The notes beneath the pieces are model-generated. The model had not been told where the DNA came from and ran no database searches. It saw nothing but the letters and a program-made list of their open reading frames with translations. Shown in pieces: positions 42,645 through 53,470 of a stretch of DNA of 64,000 nt. This stretch comes from an uncultured Verrucomicrobiae bacterium (GTDB lineage: Bacteria; Verrucomicrobiota; Verrucomicrobiia; Chthoniobacterales; UBA10450), in the NCBI GenBank assembly GCA_963834385.1, contig CAWIBO010000001.1:1-64000 (forward strand). The letters are read 5' to 3'. Position 1 is the stretch's first letter. The number at the start of each line of letters is the position of its first letter. A program made the translations under genes and the position numbers.

Positions 42645-45600
42645 TGAGGCTTCTCCCCAGCCTGCTTCTTCTGGCCGTGCCGGTCCTGGCGCAGCCGACC
42701 GGCCTTGGCCCGCCGACTTCCGTGCCGGCGGAGGCCTCGCTGACCCGGCCGCAGCCGCGGCCGCCGCGCAACTGGATCGACCAGACCGAGGCGCAGGCGG
42801 AGGCCAAAAGCGTCGGCTGCAACCAATGCCATGCCGGGGTCGAACCGATGCACGCGGCCCGCCACGTGGTCCTCGGTTGCACCGATTGCCACGGCGGCAA
42901 TCCCGCGCCCGGCCTGAGCAAGGAAGAGGCGCATGTTCTTCCCACGCACCGCGAATTCTGGCGGACCTCGGCCAACCCGCCCGGGTCCAATGTCTGGCTG
43001 AACCGCGAGTCCCCCGAGTTTATCCGCTTCATGAATCCGGGCGATCTCCGGGTGGCCGAACAATCTTGCGGTCTTTGCCACGGCGAGATCGTGCGCAACG
43101 TCCATCACTCGATGATGAATCACGGCGCCATGCTCTGGGGCGCCGCGCTCTACAATAACGGCTCCTTCCTGCACAAAAACTACCGCTTCGGCCAGGCCTA
43201 CGGCCCCGACGGCCAGCCGCTCCGCCTGGAGAATTACACGCCGGTGACCCCGGAAGAGACGCAGAAGCACGGCATCCTGCCCTACCTGGAGCCGCTCCCC
43301 CGTTTCAACCTCAGCCAGCCCGGCAACATCCTCCGCATCTTCGAGAAGGGCGGCGAGAAACCGCTCCTCCTTGGCGTGCCCACCGTGGGCGAACCCCCCG
43401 GGCGTCCGTTGCGACGTCTCTCCGAGCGCGGCCTCGGCACGCTCAACCGGACCGATCCCGTCTTTCTCGGGCTGCAAAAAACGCGGCTGCACGATCCGCT
43501 TCTGGGCTTTCTTGGCTCAAGCGATCACGCGGGCGATTTCCGTTCGAGCGGCTGCACCGCCTGCCATGTCGTCTATGCGAACGACCGTTCCCCGAACAAT
43601 TCCGGCTGGTGGAGCAAGTACGGCCACCAGGGCCTGAGCTTCAGCGGCGATCCCACCATTCCCAAGAACGAGCGCGGCCATCCCGTGATGCACCAGTTCA
43701 CCCGCTCGATCCCCTCGAGCCAGTGCATGAACTGCCACATGCACCAGGGCAACCTCTTCGTAAACCCGTATCTCGGCTACACCTGGTGGGACCAGGAGAC
43801 GGATGGCGAGTTCATGTACCCGGCGCAACAGCATGACCCCACCGAGAGCGAACTTGTCCGGGCCGCGCAAAAGAATCCGGAAGCGGCGGCCGCCCGCGGT
43901 CTTTGGGGCGACCGCGAATTCGTCGAGCGGGTGGCGGAGCTAAACCCGCAGCTCAGGCACACCCAGTTTGCCGACTACCACGGCCACGGCTGGGTCTTCC
44001 GCGCCGTCTTCAAGAAAGACCGGAAAGGCCACCTGCTCGACCGGGAAGACAACCCGATCTCACACCAGGACCCGCAGAAATTCCAAAAAGCCGTCCACCT
44101 CAAGGATGTGCATCTCGAGAAAGGGATGCAGTGCGTGGACTGCCACTTCGACCTGGACGTCCATGGCAACGGCCAGCTTTACGGTGAACCGCGCAACGCC
44201 ACCACCATCACCTGCGTCGACTGCCATGGCACGGTGGACCGGCGTCCCAACCTCGTCACCTCCGGGAACGCCGGCGCGGTGGACCTCGCCCGCACCAGCA
44301 ACACGCCCTTCGGCCCGCGCTTCACCTGGGAGGGAACGCGGCTTTACCAGCAATCGTCGATGTCGCCCGAGGTGCGCTGGGAAATTCCGCAGACGCTCGA
44401 CACGATCAATCCCGCCTCCCCGCATTACAACGCGAAGTCCGCCTACGCCAAGACCCTCGAGCGCGACGGCCAAACGTGGGGGGCGCGCCTGGCCGCGGAG
44501 GACGCGGAACGGGAACGCCGCCTGGCGCACGACAACACCCGGATGGACTGCCAGATCTGCCATACCTCCTGGGCCACCAGTTGTTTCGGCTGTCATCTCC
44601 CGATGAAAGCCAACCAGCGCGTGGCCCAGAACAAGTTCGAAGGGTGTGCTCGACCGGAATTTCACCACCTACAATCCCCAGGTGGTGCGGGACGACGTCT
44701 TCATGCTCGGCATCGATGGCACGGTGAAAAAGAACCGGATGGCCGTGATCCGTTCCTCCAGCGCGGTCGTGGTCAGTTCGCAGAACCAGAATCGCGAATG
44801 GGTTTATTCGCAGGCGCAGACCGTCTCCGCCGAAGGTTACAGCGGCCAGGCGTTCAACCCCCACTTCCCGCACACGACCAGTGGCCGCGGCACGACCAAG
44901 AATTGCACCGACTGCCATCTCTCCGCCGCCAACGATAACAACGCCTGGATGACGCAGCTGCTCGGCTTCGGCACCGGCACGGTGAACTTCTTCGGCCGGT
45001 TCGCCTACGTTGCCGAAGGCACGAAAGGCCTGCACGCCGTCGTCTGGACGGAACGCGAGGAACCGCAGGCCGCGCTCGGCAGCCACCTTCATCGCCTGGC
45101 CTACCCGGCCAATCATGCCGCGCACGTGGCCGGGCACGGCGAACTCAAGGAGGCCTACGAACATGGCGGCAAGGATGTGCGCGACCTGGTGCTGCGCGGC
45201 GAATATCTCTACACCGCCAATGGGCCCGGCGGCCTGGAGGTCTTCGACGTCGCCAATATCGACCAGAAAGGATTCTCCGAGCGCATCGTCACCACCCCGG
45301 TCTCGCCCCTCGGCCAGCGCACGCACGTGCCGACGCCTTACGCCACTTCCATTGCCCTCCCGAGCACGCTCGCCCTTGATCCCGGCCGGGAACGTCTGCC
45401 GGAAAACGAGGAGCAACCGATCGACCCGGTTTACGCCTACGTCTTCCTCTCGGATCTGCAGGAGGGACTCGTGGTGGTCAACGTCGCCAGCCTCGTCGAT
45501 GGCAATCCCGAGAACAATTTTCTGCGCAAGGATGTCTCCTTCAACCCCGATGGACTCCTCAGCGGCGCGACCTTTGTCGCCGCCGCCGGGCATCGCCTTT

Positions 45601-46430
45601 ATCTCACCGCCCCGGCGGGTCTCTTCGTCATCGATGTCTCCGACCCGATGCGACCCCGCCTGGTCGCGAGGGCGGGCGAGGGTTTCCTGCGCAACCCGCG
45701 CTGCGTCGCCATCCAGTTCCGCTACGCCTTTGTCACGGACGACGATGGCCTCAAGGTCTTCGAGATCGGAAACCCGGAGCGGCCCCGTCCCCTGCCGACG
45801 GCCACGGTGCCGCTGCGCGCAGCCGGCCGCCTTTATCTCGCCCGCACCTACGCCTACGTCGCCAACGGGCCGGAGGGCCTGGCCCTGGTCGAGATCGAGA
45901 ACCCGGAACGGCCGCGCCTCGACCAGATGTTTAATGCCGGCGGCGCGCTCAACGACACCCGCGCCGTCCAGGTGGGCAGCGTGAACGCTTCGCAGTTCGC
46001 GCTGGTGGCGGACGGGCGAAACGGTCTTCGGGTCTTGCAGTTGATCTCGCCGGACACGGTGCCCGGCGCGCAGGGATTCAGTCCGCGACCGAACCCGCAG
46101 TTGATCGCGACCTTCCACACCCATGGCGAGGCGGTGGCCGTCTCGCGCGGCCTGGATCGCGACCGTGTGGTCGATGAAACCGGCGGCCAGACAGTGGTCT
46201 TCGGCCGGCGGGGCGCGCGCCCGTTCCACCTCTCGGAAATGTATCCGTTCTATCTGCGGCGCTCCGACGGCCGGCCCTACCGCGTGGAGGATGTGCGCGA
46301 GATCGACGGAAACGTGGTCACGACCTCGGGCCGCACCCTCGCGCCTGTTCCACGGCCGTCACCCACGCCCGGGGAAGAGACCGAGCCGGCGATTGAGCCG
46401 ACGCCTTTTCCGCTGCCGGAGAGTGAATGA
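42644..46430 (+). CDS. ~1260 aa decahaem cytochrome c fused to an LVIVD-like beta-propeller; +1 frameshift ~44643
   Basis: 10 CxxCH (CNQCH, CTDCH, CGLCH, CTACH, CMNCH, CVDCH x2, CQICH, CFGCH, CTDCH); repeats such as [16 protein letters not shown] and [10 protein letters not shown]; signal peptide. Confidence 0.88.
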
Positions 46431-46469
46431 CGTTGCCCAGCCCCGCTTAAGTCTGTTACAACCAACGAC

Positions 46470-46700
46470 ATGGCAGATCCCGCTAGCAAACAACCCGAGA
46501 ATGTTCCCGGCCCCTGGTATGTCGATACCACCTGCACCCCCTGCCGCGTTTGCCTGGAAGAAGCGCCTGATCTCCTGAAGTACAACGCCGACGAAAGCGC
46601 GGTCTTTTTTCACAAGCAGCCGGAATCGCCGGAGGAAAAGGACGCCGCCCAGCGCGCGATGGACGTTTGTCCGACGCTTGCCATCGGGAACGACGGCTAG
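46470..46700 (+). CDS. small ferredoxin
   Basis: CTPCRVC...CP. Confidence 0.88.
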   Translation: MADPASKQPENVPGPWYVDTTCTPCRVCLEEAPDLLKYNADESAVFFHKQPESPEEKDAAQRAMDVCPTLAIGNDG

Positions 46701-46703
46701 GCT

Positions 46704-48131
46704 TCAGCGTTTCCCCAGCATCATTTCGCGGAGATTGCCCGCGCTTTGCGCCCCTGCCGCGACCGCGACCGGCGCCGCGTGGAAGGAGTGGCAGGTGATG
46801 CAGTTGCTCGCCACTTTCCCCTGCGGGCTGTGACAGCTCACGCAATCCGCTTTCACCGGAAGCAGGACGTCGGAGGTCGCGCGGCTGCCCGCGGTATGAT
46901 GGCAATCGTCGCAGCGCACGCTGGCGTGGCTGGCATGATCAAAAAGAGCGTGCGGCATCCAGCGATCGATCTGCTGCGGCTTTGCCACCGACGGCGCCAG
47001 GCCGGCGGACGGCCTGACCTCATGGCAATAGGCGCACCCATGGAACATCGCCCGGACGCCCGGCGCGGCCCCTTCCTCCGCCTTGTAGGGATCGGTCGCA
47101 AAGAAGACCTGGCGTTCCAGGGCTTCGCCTGAACGAACGCGCGCCTGCAAATTTTTTATCGCACGGGTGGCGAAGGCGCTGATCTGGCCCGGTTCGGTCA
47201 TTCCCCGTTTTCGCGCCAGATCGGCATACTGGGAGGGGAGCGACCGCAGAAAACCGCGGACCAGCCCGGGATCGCCGTGGGGAAGAGTGAGCTCGGGCGC
47301 GGCCGGATCGAATTGCAGGGCATGGCAGGCCTGGCAGTTCCGCTCGAAGGTGATCCGTTCGAACTGCCGGCCTCCCGGCTCGGGCGTGTGACACGCCTGG
47401 CAGTCCATTTTTTTTCCATGCAGCGGCGGGATGTCCGCCTCGAAATGGCGCTGATGATTAAAGCGGAGGGTATTGGGATCCTTGAACGCCTCCTGCTTCA
47501 CGCGGAACTCGGGGTGCGCGCCGGCGAATGATGCGAACGTGCTGGTGAAGCCGGCGGCCGGCCGAGCCAGCGCCGGGATGGTTTCGTGCGGCCGGACATG
47601 CCGGAGCTTGAAAGCCGAGGCGGGCATTTGCGCGCCTTTGGCCGCGGCCGCCTGCATCAGGCCAGGATTATTGTGGCAGGCCAGGCAATCACTGTCGCGC
47701 GCCACCACGAGAGCTGTTCCGCGGTGCTCCTGGTGGCAGGCGGAGCAGGAGGTATCGCTCACCACGTTGGGCGCATGAAAATCGCGGCCTTCATGGCAAC
47801 TCGCACAGGCCGCATCGAGCCGGGCGAAGGCGGTTTGCTGCCGCAGCGCCACCCCAAGGTTCTCCACCGTGGCCGGGAGAGCCGCGCCGGCGCCATGGCA
47901 GGCGGCACAATTATTCTCCAGGGCGGTGTGACCGGGTGAGAGCGGACCAATGCTATAAAAATCGCCCGGCGCACTGCGGCTGAAGTAAACCGCGGCGGCG
48001 ATACCGCCCAGGATCGCCAGCGCGGTCACGATCATCCGGGCTTTGCGCCACGGATGCATCACTTTGTAATAGGCGAGGTTGCCTTTGTATCGCTCCGCGA
48101 TCTGCTTCTGTGTTCGCTGGGGGCGCGCCAT
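46704..48131 (-). CDS. membrane-anchored decahaem cytochrome c (c3/c7-like repeats)
   Basis: N-terminal TM; 10 CxxCH; F.H..H distal-ligand motifs. Confidence 0.9.
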   Translation of the reverse strand: MARPQRTQKQIAERYKGNLAYYKVMHPWRKARMIVTALAILGGIAAAVYFSRSAPGDFYSIGPLSPGHTALENNCAACHGAGAALPATVENLGVALRQQTAFARLDAACASCHEGRDFHAPNVVSDTSCSACHQEHRGTALVVARDSDCLACHNNPGLMQAAAAKGAQMPASAFKLRHVRPHETIPALARPAAGFTSTFASFAGAHPEFRVKQEAFKDPNTLRFNHQRHFEADIPPLHGKKMDCQACHTPEPGGRQFERITFERNCQACHALQFDPAAPELTLPHGDPGLVRGFLRSLPSQYADLARKRGMTEPGQISAFATRAIKNLQARVRSGEALERQVFFATDPYKAEEGAAPGVRAMFHGCAYCHEVRPSAGLAPSVAKPQQIDRWMPHALFDHASHASVRCDDCHHTAGSRATSDVLLPVKADCVSCHSPQGKVASNCITCHSFHAAPVAVAAGAQSAGNLREMMLGKR

Positions 48132-48134
48132 GGC

Positions 48135-49377
48135 TCAATAGCGGAACAACGCCACGACGGCGTGCCAGATGGTGAGGATCACGAGAAGAATCGAAAACGG
48201 AACGTGCAGGAAAAGCCAGCCGTGCAGCCAGTGATGCAGCCGGGCCTGCAAATCGAGCATGCGCCGTTCATCACACCAGGCCTGCATTTCCTCCACCCGG
48301 ACGCGATGCGCCGCGGTGACCCGCAGCTTGAAGACCCGGAAAAGGTCGTCGGAAAATCGGTCGGTCCCGAGCCGGCGACGATCACCGCGACGGGCCTCCA
48401 GGTACGGGATGACGTGGTCCTCGAGCAGATCAAGCAACGCTGTCTCTGATTCTTCCTCCGTCTCCCGGGCCGAGTCCGGCGGAGAATCCTCCGCAGCCGC
48501 CGCCACGACCGCTGGCGCCGGCGCCGGCTTGTCCCCGGGCGGCACCGGATTCCCCTCCGGCACGCGTGCGGTGGGTGTGCCCGGCGTTTCCACGCCGCGC
48601 CCGGCCAGCTCACCTTCGCCCGCGGTGTTCTTCTTCTCTTCCGCCGGGCCCGGCGAGGCCGTCCCGGTGACCGTTTCGCCGGTAACCGTCGAGCCGGACG
48701 CTGATTTGGCGCGGGCTGTCGGCGTGACCACCGCCGCGCTTCCCGCCATCGGCGTCGTCCCGGCTGTGGCCGCGCGCGCCGGCGTCGCGGCGGGCGCCCC
48801 TTTGTCCGCCTCGGCGGATTGTTCCGCCGTCAGCGCTTTGCGCATTTTCTCGGCCGCCGCCAGCAACTGGCCCCGGATGTGCGGGATTTGCTCGTAGACC
48901 GTTTCGCCCGGCAGCCGATCTTTCATCAGGCGCGGCAGCCAATGCTGCAGGGCCAGCCCAAAAAATCCGCTCGCCATGACAATGAGGTAGAGCCAGAGCA
49001 GCAGGCTGGTCATGGGACCGCCAAAGCGCAGGCCGCCATGCAGCGCCACCAGCGGAATGGTCAGGATCGTGAGCCAGATGTGGGCGCGCAGCCAGACCTG
49101 CACCCGCCCGATTTTCCAAAGCGGAACCTTCTTTCGCAGCCCCGAGGAGGAGGGCAAAGAGAAAAATCGCCAGGGCCGTGCTGCCGAAGATCAGTCCGAG
49201 CGGTGTTCCTCCCGGCAGACCCCGCGGCGGCGGCTGCGGCCCGAGCCAGCCCGGAAGACGCATCGGCACCGGCGTCCGGTCCGGATGAAAATTGGCCAGG
49301 TAAAGAACCAGCGCCCCCAGCGAGGCCAGGCAGACGAAAATGGCCCAGGGGAGATGCGCACGATTAAAAATGCGCAT
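48135..49377 (-). CDS. integral membrane protein, putative di-haem b; +1 frameshift ~49141
   Basis: Four TM His in two pairs: WLRAH/VALHGG and WLFLHVP/TIWH. Confidence 0.7.
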
Positions 49378-49382
49378 GTTGG

Positions 49383-51056
49383 CTAGTGCGTATGGCGCCG
49401 CTCCCGCGCAGAACGGCCGCTTTTCGGCCGCAGGATCTCCGTTTCCGCGTCAAAGATGTCGCTGAAAAACCGGCGGGGATCGACCCGCTTGGCCGCGTCG
49501 TGCGGACAGGCATAAACGCAACTGGGGGTGGAAAGCTCGGTGCAAAGATCACAGGTGTTCGCCTTGTAGGCGGTCGTCTTCTTCTGCTCGATCTTCACCC
49601 GCGGCGCTTCCCCCTCCCTTTTCGCCTTGATCTCCGTGCGCACTTCCTTGAGCAGCTCGAAGGGATGCATGTTGATGTTGCCGTAGGGACAAAGCTCGGC
49701 GCATTTGCCGCAGCCGATGCACCAGTCCTCGATGATGATCTCGAGGTTTTCCTTGCGCCGGATCGAGCCCACCGGGCATTGCGTCATGCAAAGCGGGTCG
49801 CGGCAGGAACGGCAGGCGGTCGCGACGAGGTAATGATCGTAACGCAGGCCGTCGCGCAGGAGGCGGGAAACACCGTCGTGCGCCTGCGCGCAGGCCTGGA
49901 CACAGGCGTCGCACCGGGTGCAATTGTCGAGATCGATCAGGAGAAGGTTCTGCGCTTCAAAGAGTCCCTGGTCCAGAAACTCGTTCAGTTGCAGACCGGC
50001 CGGAGGGGCCTTCGTCTCGGAAGCTTGCAGACGGGCCGCCGCCATCTCTTCCACCTGCGCCTGCACCGCCGGGAACTCGCGCACCATGTCGTGGAAATCG
50101 GTCGCCGGGATTTTCACCAAATCCACGGCGTCGAGCGCGGTGCAGGTGGCGGTTCGCCGGATCGCGTGCAGCAGGGCGATCTCCCCGAAATAATCTCCCC
50201 GGCTCAGGTAGGTGCGCACGATCTCCCCGCCCGGCATCGATTCGGAGACGCGCACCACGCCGGAGCGGACCAGGAAAAAGGCGTCCGCCTCGTCGCCCTC
50301 CCGGCAGATCACCTGCCCCTGGTTGAACGAGACCAGCTCCACCTGGTCTTTCAGGCGGGCAACGAACTCATCCGTCAGCGGTGCCAGGAGCGGCACCCGG
50401 CGGAGATGATTGCTCAGGGAACGTTCGCGATAATTCTTCTCCATCTCGGTCTTGAACGATGTCCCCTTGAAGGTCGGCACCTTCACCTTCGACGCGGCCT
50501 TGGAGGCGTCCGAGACCTGTCGCGTCCCCACCAGCATGTCGAGCACCACCCGCAGCATTTCCACAATCACCGAAGGCTCGCTCGTCTCCACCGTGGCCGA
50601 GCGCGGCTGAAAGGTCCGGCAGGTCATCTCGCCGAAAAGCTCGCCCGCGCCCATCTCAGCCAGGGGTCGGTGCGTCGGCAGATCGACATTGGCATCGATC
50701 CCGATGAACTGCCTTCGGCTGGTGTCCGGCCGCGCGTCATCGGCGTCGTCGACCAGGAAACTCTTCATCCGCTTGAAACTCCGCCCGATGAAACCGGCCG
50801 CCGGCCGGGTCCGGAGATGGGCCATGGGATTGCGAATGAAAATGTTGACCTTGCCGGAGACGATATAGAACGCGGTCGAGCCGAATTCCCCCTCCTCACA
50901 GACCACTTCGCCGGGCGCGAGCTTGTGCACCACGGCGGAACCCCTGGCCCAGTTCTCCAGCTGGGCACGCGGCATCTCCTGCAGCGCGGGAAAATACCCG
51001 AGCAGCTGGTCAACCGTCAGCGGTGTGCCGCCGGAAAGTTTGGCTTCGCCCTCCAT
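49383..51056 (-). CDS. 2x cyclic-nucleotide-binding domain + 4x[4Fe-4S] (DmsB/NrfC-type) protein
   Basis: FGEM...PRSATV and FGEI...RRTATC cassettes; CTRCDACVQAC, CRSC..CMTQCP, CIGCGKCAELCP, CDLC..CVYACP. Confidence 0.9.
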   Translation of the reverse strand: MEGEAKLSGGTPLTVDQLLGYFPALQEMPRAQLENWARGSAVVHKLAPGEVVCEEGEFGSTAFYIVSGKVNIFIRNPMAHLRTRPAAGFIGRSFKRMKSFLVDDADDARPDTSRRQFIGIDANVDLPTHRPLAEMGAGELFGEMTCRTFQPRSATVETSEPSVIVEMLRVVLDMLVGTRQVSDASKAASKVKVPTFKGTSFKTEMEKNYRERSLSNHLRRVPLLAPLTDEFVARLKDQVELVSFNQGQVICREGDEADAFFLVRSGVVRVSESMPGGEIVRTYLSRGDYFGEIALLHAIRRTATCTALDAVDLVKIPATDFHDMVREFPAVQAQVEEMAAARLQASETKAPPAGLQLNEFLDQGLFEAQNLLLIDLDNCTRCDACVQACAQAHDGVSRLLRDGLRYDHYLVATACRSCRDPLCMTQCPVGSIRRKENLEIIIEDWCIGCGKCAELCPYGNINMHPFELLKEVRTEIKAKREGEAPRVKIEQKKTTAYKANTCDLCTELSTPSCVYACPHDAAKRVDPRRFFSDIFDAETEILRPKSGRSARERRHTH

Positions 51057-51188
51057 GACTGGTCGTGCGGGGCACGAACGTGAATGCCCGGATTGTATCG
51101 GTGCCGCAAAAAGGCGGGAAGAATTTAATCCTCGGGGCCCACGCGATTTAGGTTGGCTTCGCCGGGCGCCCTGCCGGTAACATCGGGC

Positions 51189-52313
51189 GTGCCGCTCCGC
51201 CTCTTCCTTCGGCTGCTGGGCTGCGCGGCACTGCTCGCGGCACCGCTCGCCGCAGCCCGCAATGCGGAACCGATCGCGGAGGAGTTTGTCGGTGTCGCCG
51301 GATGCAGCTCCTCCAGTTGCCACGGCGGCGCCGGCCCGCAACGCAACCAGGTCATCACCTGGAAACGCGACGATTTTCATGCCCGCGCTTTTGCCATCCT
51401 GACGAACGCCCGCAGCGCCCGCATGGCGGAAGCGCTCGGCGGACCGGCCGCGCCGGAAAACGCGCGTTGTACCGTCTGCCATTCACCGTTTCAGGCGGTG
51501 GCGGCCGCCCGTCTCCAGCCGTCCGCCCGGCCGGATGAAGGCGTCTCGTGCGAGAGTTGTCACGGCGCGGCCGAAGGCTGGTTGCGCGGTCATACGCGGC
51601 CTGACTGGAACCGCGCCATCGCGCTCGGCGCCGGCCTGCGCGACCTGGCCGATCTTTATGGCCGCGCCAATGCCTGCGTCGCCTGCCACCAAAACATTGA
51701 CGCCGATCTCGTCGCCGCCGGGCATCCGCACCTTCTCTTTGAACTCGATCGCCAGGGCGCCGCACAGCCGCCGCACTGGACCGATCCGCCGGAGAACCGC
51801 GGGGCGCGCGCCTGGCTGGTGGGACAGAGCGTGGCCCTGCGCGAACTGAGCTGGAAGCTGGCCCTTGCCCCGCAGCCGGATCCGCAGGTTCACGCGCAAT
51901 GGGACGGTCTTCGCTGGCTTTTCGGGCTGATCCACGCGGCCGCGCCGGCGCTTGGCCCTTTCGACGCCAATAGCCCCTACGCAAGCATGCAGACCCAGGC
52001 CGATGCCATGGCCCGGCGAATCGCGGCGGGCGCGCTCCCGCCGCAGACGGTGCCGCTTCTTCGGCAAACGCTCGCAGCCGCCGCGCTCGAGCAGAATGCC
52101 AACGAGCCAGGAGGCCCGGCCCTGTTTGAGCGGGCCCAGCGCCTCCTCTTCGCCCTCGACCGGCTGACCCTCGCGGCCGAGGGAGCGCGTACCCCCGATC
52201 TGGAAAAGGCTCTCTCTGCCCTGCGTGACACCCTCGTTTCCCGCGACCGCTTTGATCCCCGGCAGTTCAACGAAGCTTTACGTTCGTTCCGCGCTGCGCT
52301 TCCATCGTCCTGA
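51189..52313 (+). CDS. c554-like tetrahaem cytochrome c with helical C-terminal domain
   Basis: Signal peptide; CSSSSCH (CX4CH), CTVCH, GVSCESCHG, CVACH; start uncertain. Confidence 0.85.
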   Translation: MPLRLFLRLLGCAALLAAPLAAARNAEPIAEEFVGVAGCSSSSCHGGAGPQRNQVITWKRDDFHARAFAILTNARSARMAEALGGPAAPENARCTVCHSPFQAVAAARLQPSARPDEGVSCESCHGAAEGWLRGHTRPDWNRAIALGAGLRDLADLYGRANACVACHQNIDADLVAAGHPHLLFELDRQGAAQPPHWTDPPENRGARAWLVGQSVALRELSWKLALAPQPDPQVHAQWDGLRWLFGLIHAAAPALGPFDANSPYASMQTQADAMARRIAAGALPPQTVPLLRQTLAAAALEQNANEPGGPALFERAQRLLFALDRLTLAAEGARTPDLEKALSALRDTLVSRDRFDPRQFNEALRSFRAALPSS

Positions 52314-52321
52314 AGAGACCC

Positions 52322-53470
52322 ATGCCCGATACCCCTTCCCCTGCCGTTCCCTGGACGCGACAAAATCCCTACCCGGCCCGCCTCGTCGTCAACCGCCGCC
52401 TTAACACCGACGAATCGGAGAAGGACACGCGCCATTTCGAGCTCGACCTGAAGGATTGGGGCCTGAATTACGACGTCGGCGATTCCATGGCGGTCTATCC
52501 GACGAACGATCCCGCGTTGGTCGAAGAGATCATCACCGCCCTCGGCGCTTCCGGTGACGAGGAAGTGCCCGGCAAAACCCAGCCGGCGCCGTTGCGGCAG
52601 GCGCTCCTCAGGGATTATCGCATCACGCAAACAACCCCGAAGTTTCTCAAGGCCATCGCCGAGCGCGCCTCCGCCGCGCCCCTCCTCCAGGAACTGTTGG
52701 AACCGGAACGGAAACAGGACCTCGACACCTACCTCTGGGGCCTCGAGGTCATCGATTTTCTGGTCGAACATCCGTCCGCCAAATTCGCGCCCGAGGAATT
52801 CGTCGGGCTCATGCAAAAACTGCAGCCCCGCCTCTATTCCATCGCCTCCAGCGCAAAAGCCTTTCCCGAGCAGGTCCATTTTACGATCGATATCGTCCGT
52901 TACGAGAGTCATGGCCGGCAGCGCAAGGGCGTCTGCTCCTCCTTTCTCGCGGAGCGTGCCGCCGATGTCGCGGTGCCGGTTTATCCGACGCCTTCAAAAC
53001 ATTTTCGGCTGCCCGACGATCCCGCCACCCCCATCATCATGATCGGGCCCGGGACAGGCATCGCCCCTTTCCGCGCCTTCCTGCAGGAACGCCGCGAGAT
53101 TGGCGCCCACGGGAAGGCCTGGCTTTTCTTCGGGGCGCAGCGCGAAAAATGCGATTACTTCTACAAGGAGGAATTCGAAATCCTGCAAAAGGACGGGTTC
53201 CTCACCAACCTGACCTGCGCCTTTTCGCGGGACCAGACGCACAAGGTCTATGTGCAGCATCGGATGAAGGAAAGCGCGGCCGAACTCTGGCGCTGGCTGT
53301 AGGAGGGCGCGCACTTTTACGTCTGCGGCGATGCCAAGCGCATGGCCAAGGATGTTGATGCCATGCTCAAGCAGATCGTGCAGAGCGAAGGCAGCCTGAC
53401 CCCCGAGCAGGCCAACGAGTACGTGGAAAAGCTGAAAGCCGAGAAGCGCTACAAACGCGACGTCTATTAA
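52322..53470 (+). CDS. CysJ/P450-reductase-like FAD/NADPH module without a flavodoxin domain; in-frame TAG at 53300..53302
   Basis: PRLYSIASS, GVCS, MIGPGTGIAPFR, AFSRDQ..KVYVQH; after the TAG the frame continues EGAHFYVCGDAKRMAKDV...RYKRDVY-stop. Confidence 0.88.

Noticed and set aside
44630..44660. Programmed ribosomal frameshift in the decahaem gene
   Set aside because: No slippery heptamer; same +1 pattern as ten other breaks in unrelated genes
53300..53302. Pyrrolysine or amber recoding
   Set aside because: Other genes here end normally in TAG (rpmB, acpP, mgtE), no pyl genes are present, and the sequence is error-rich
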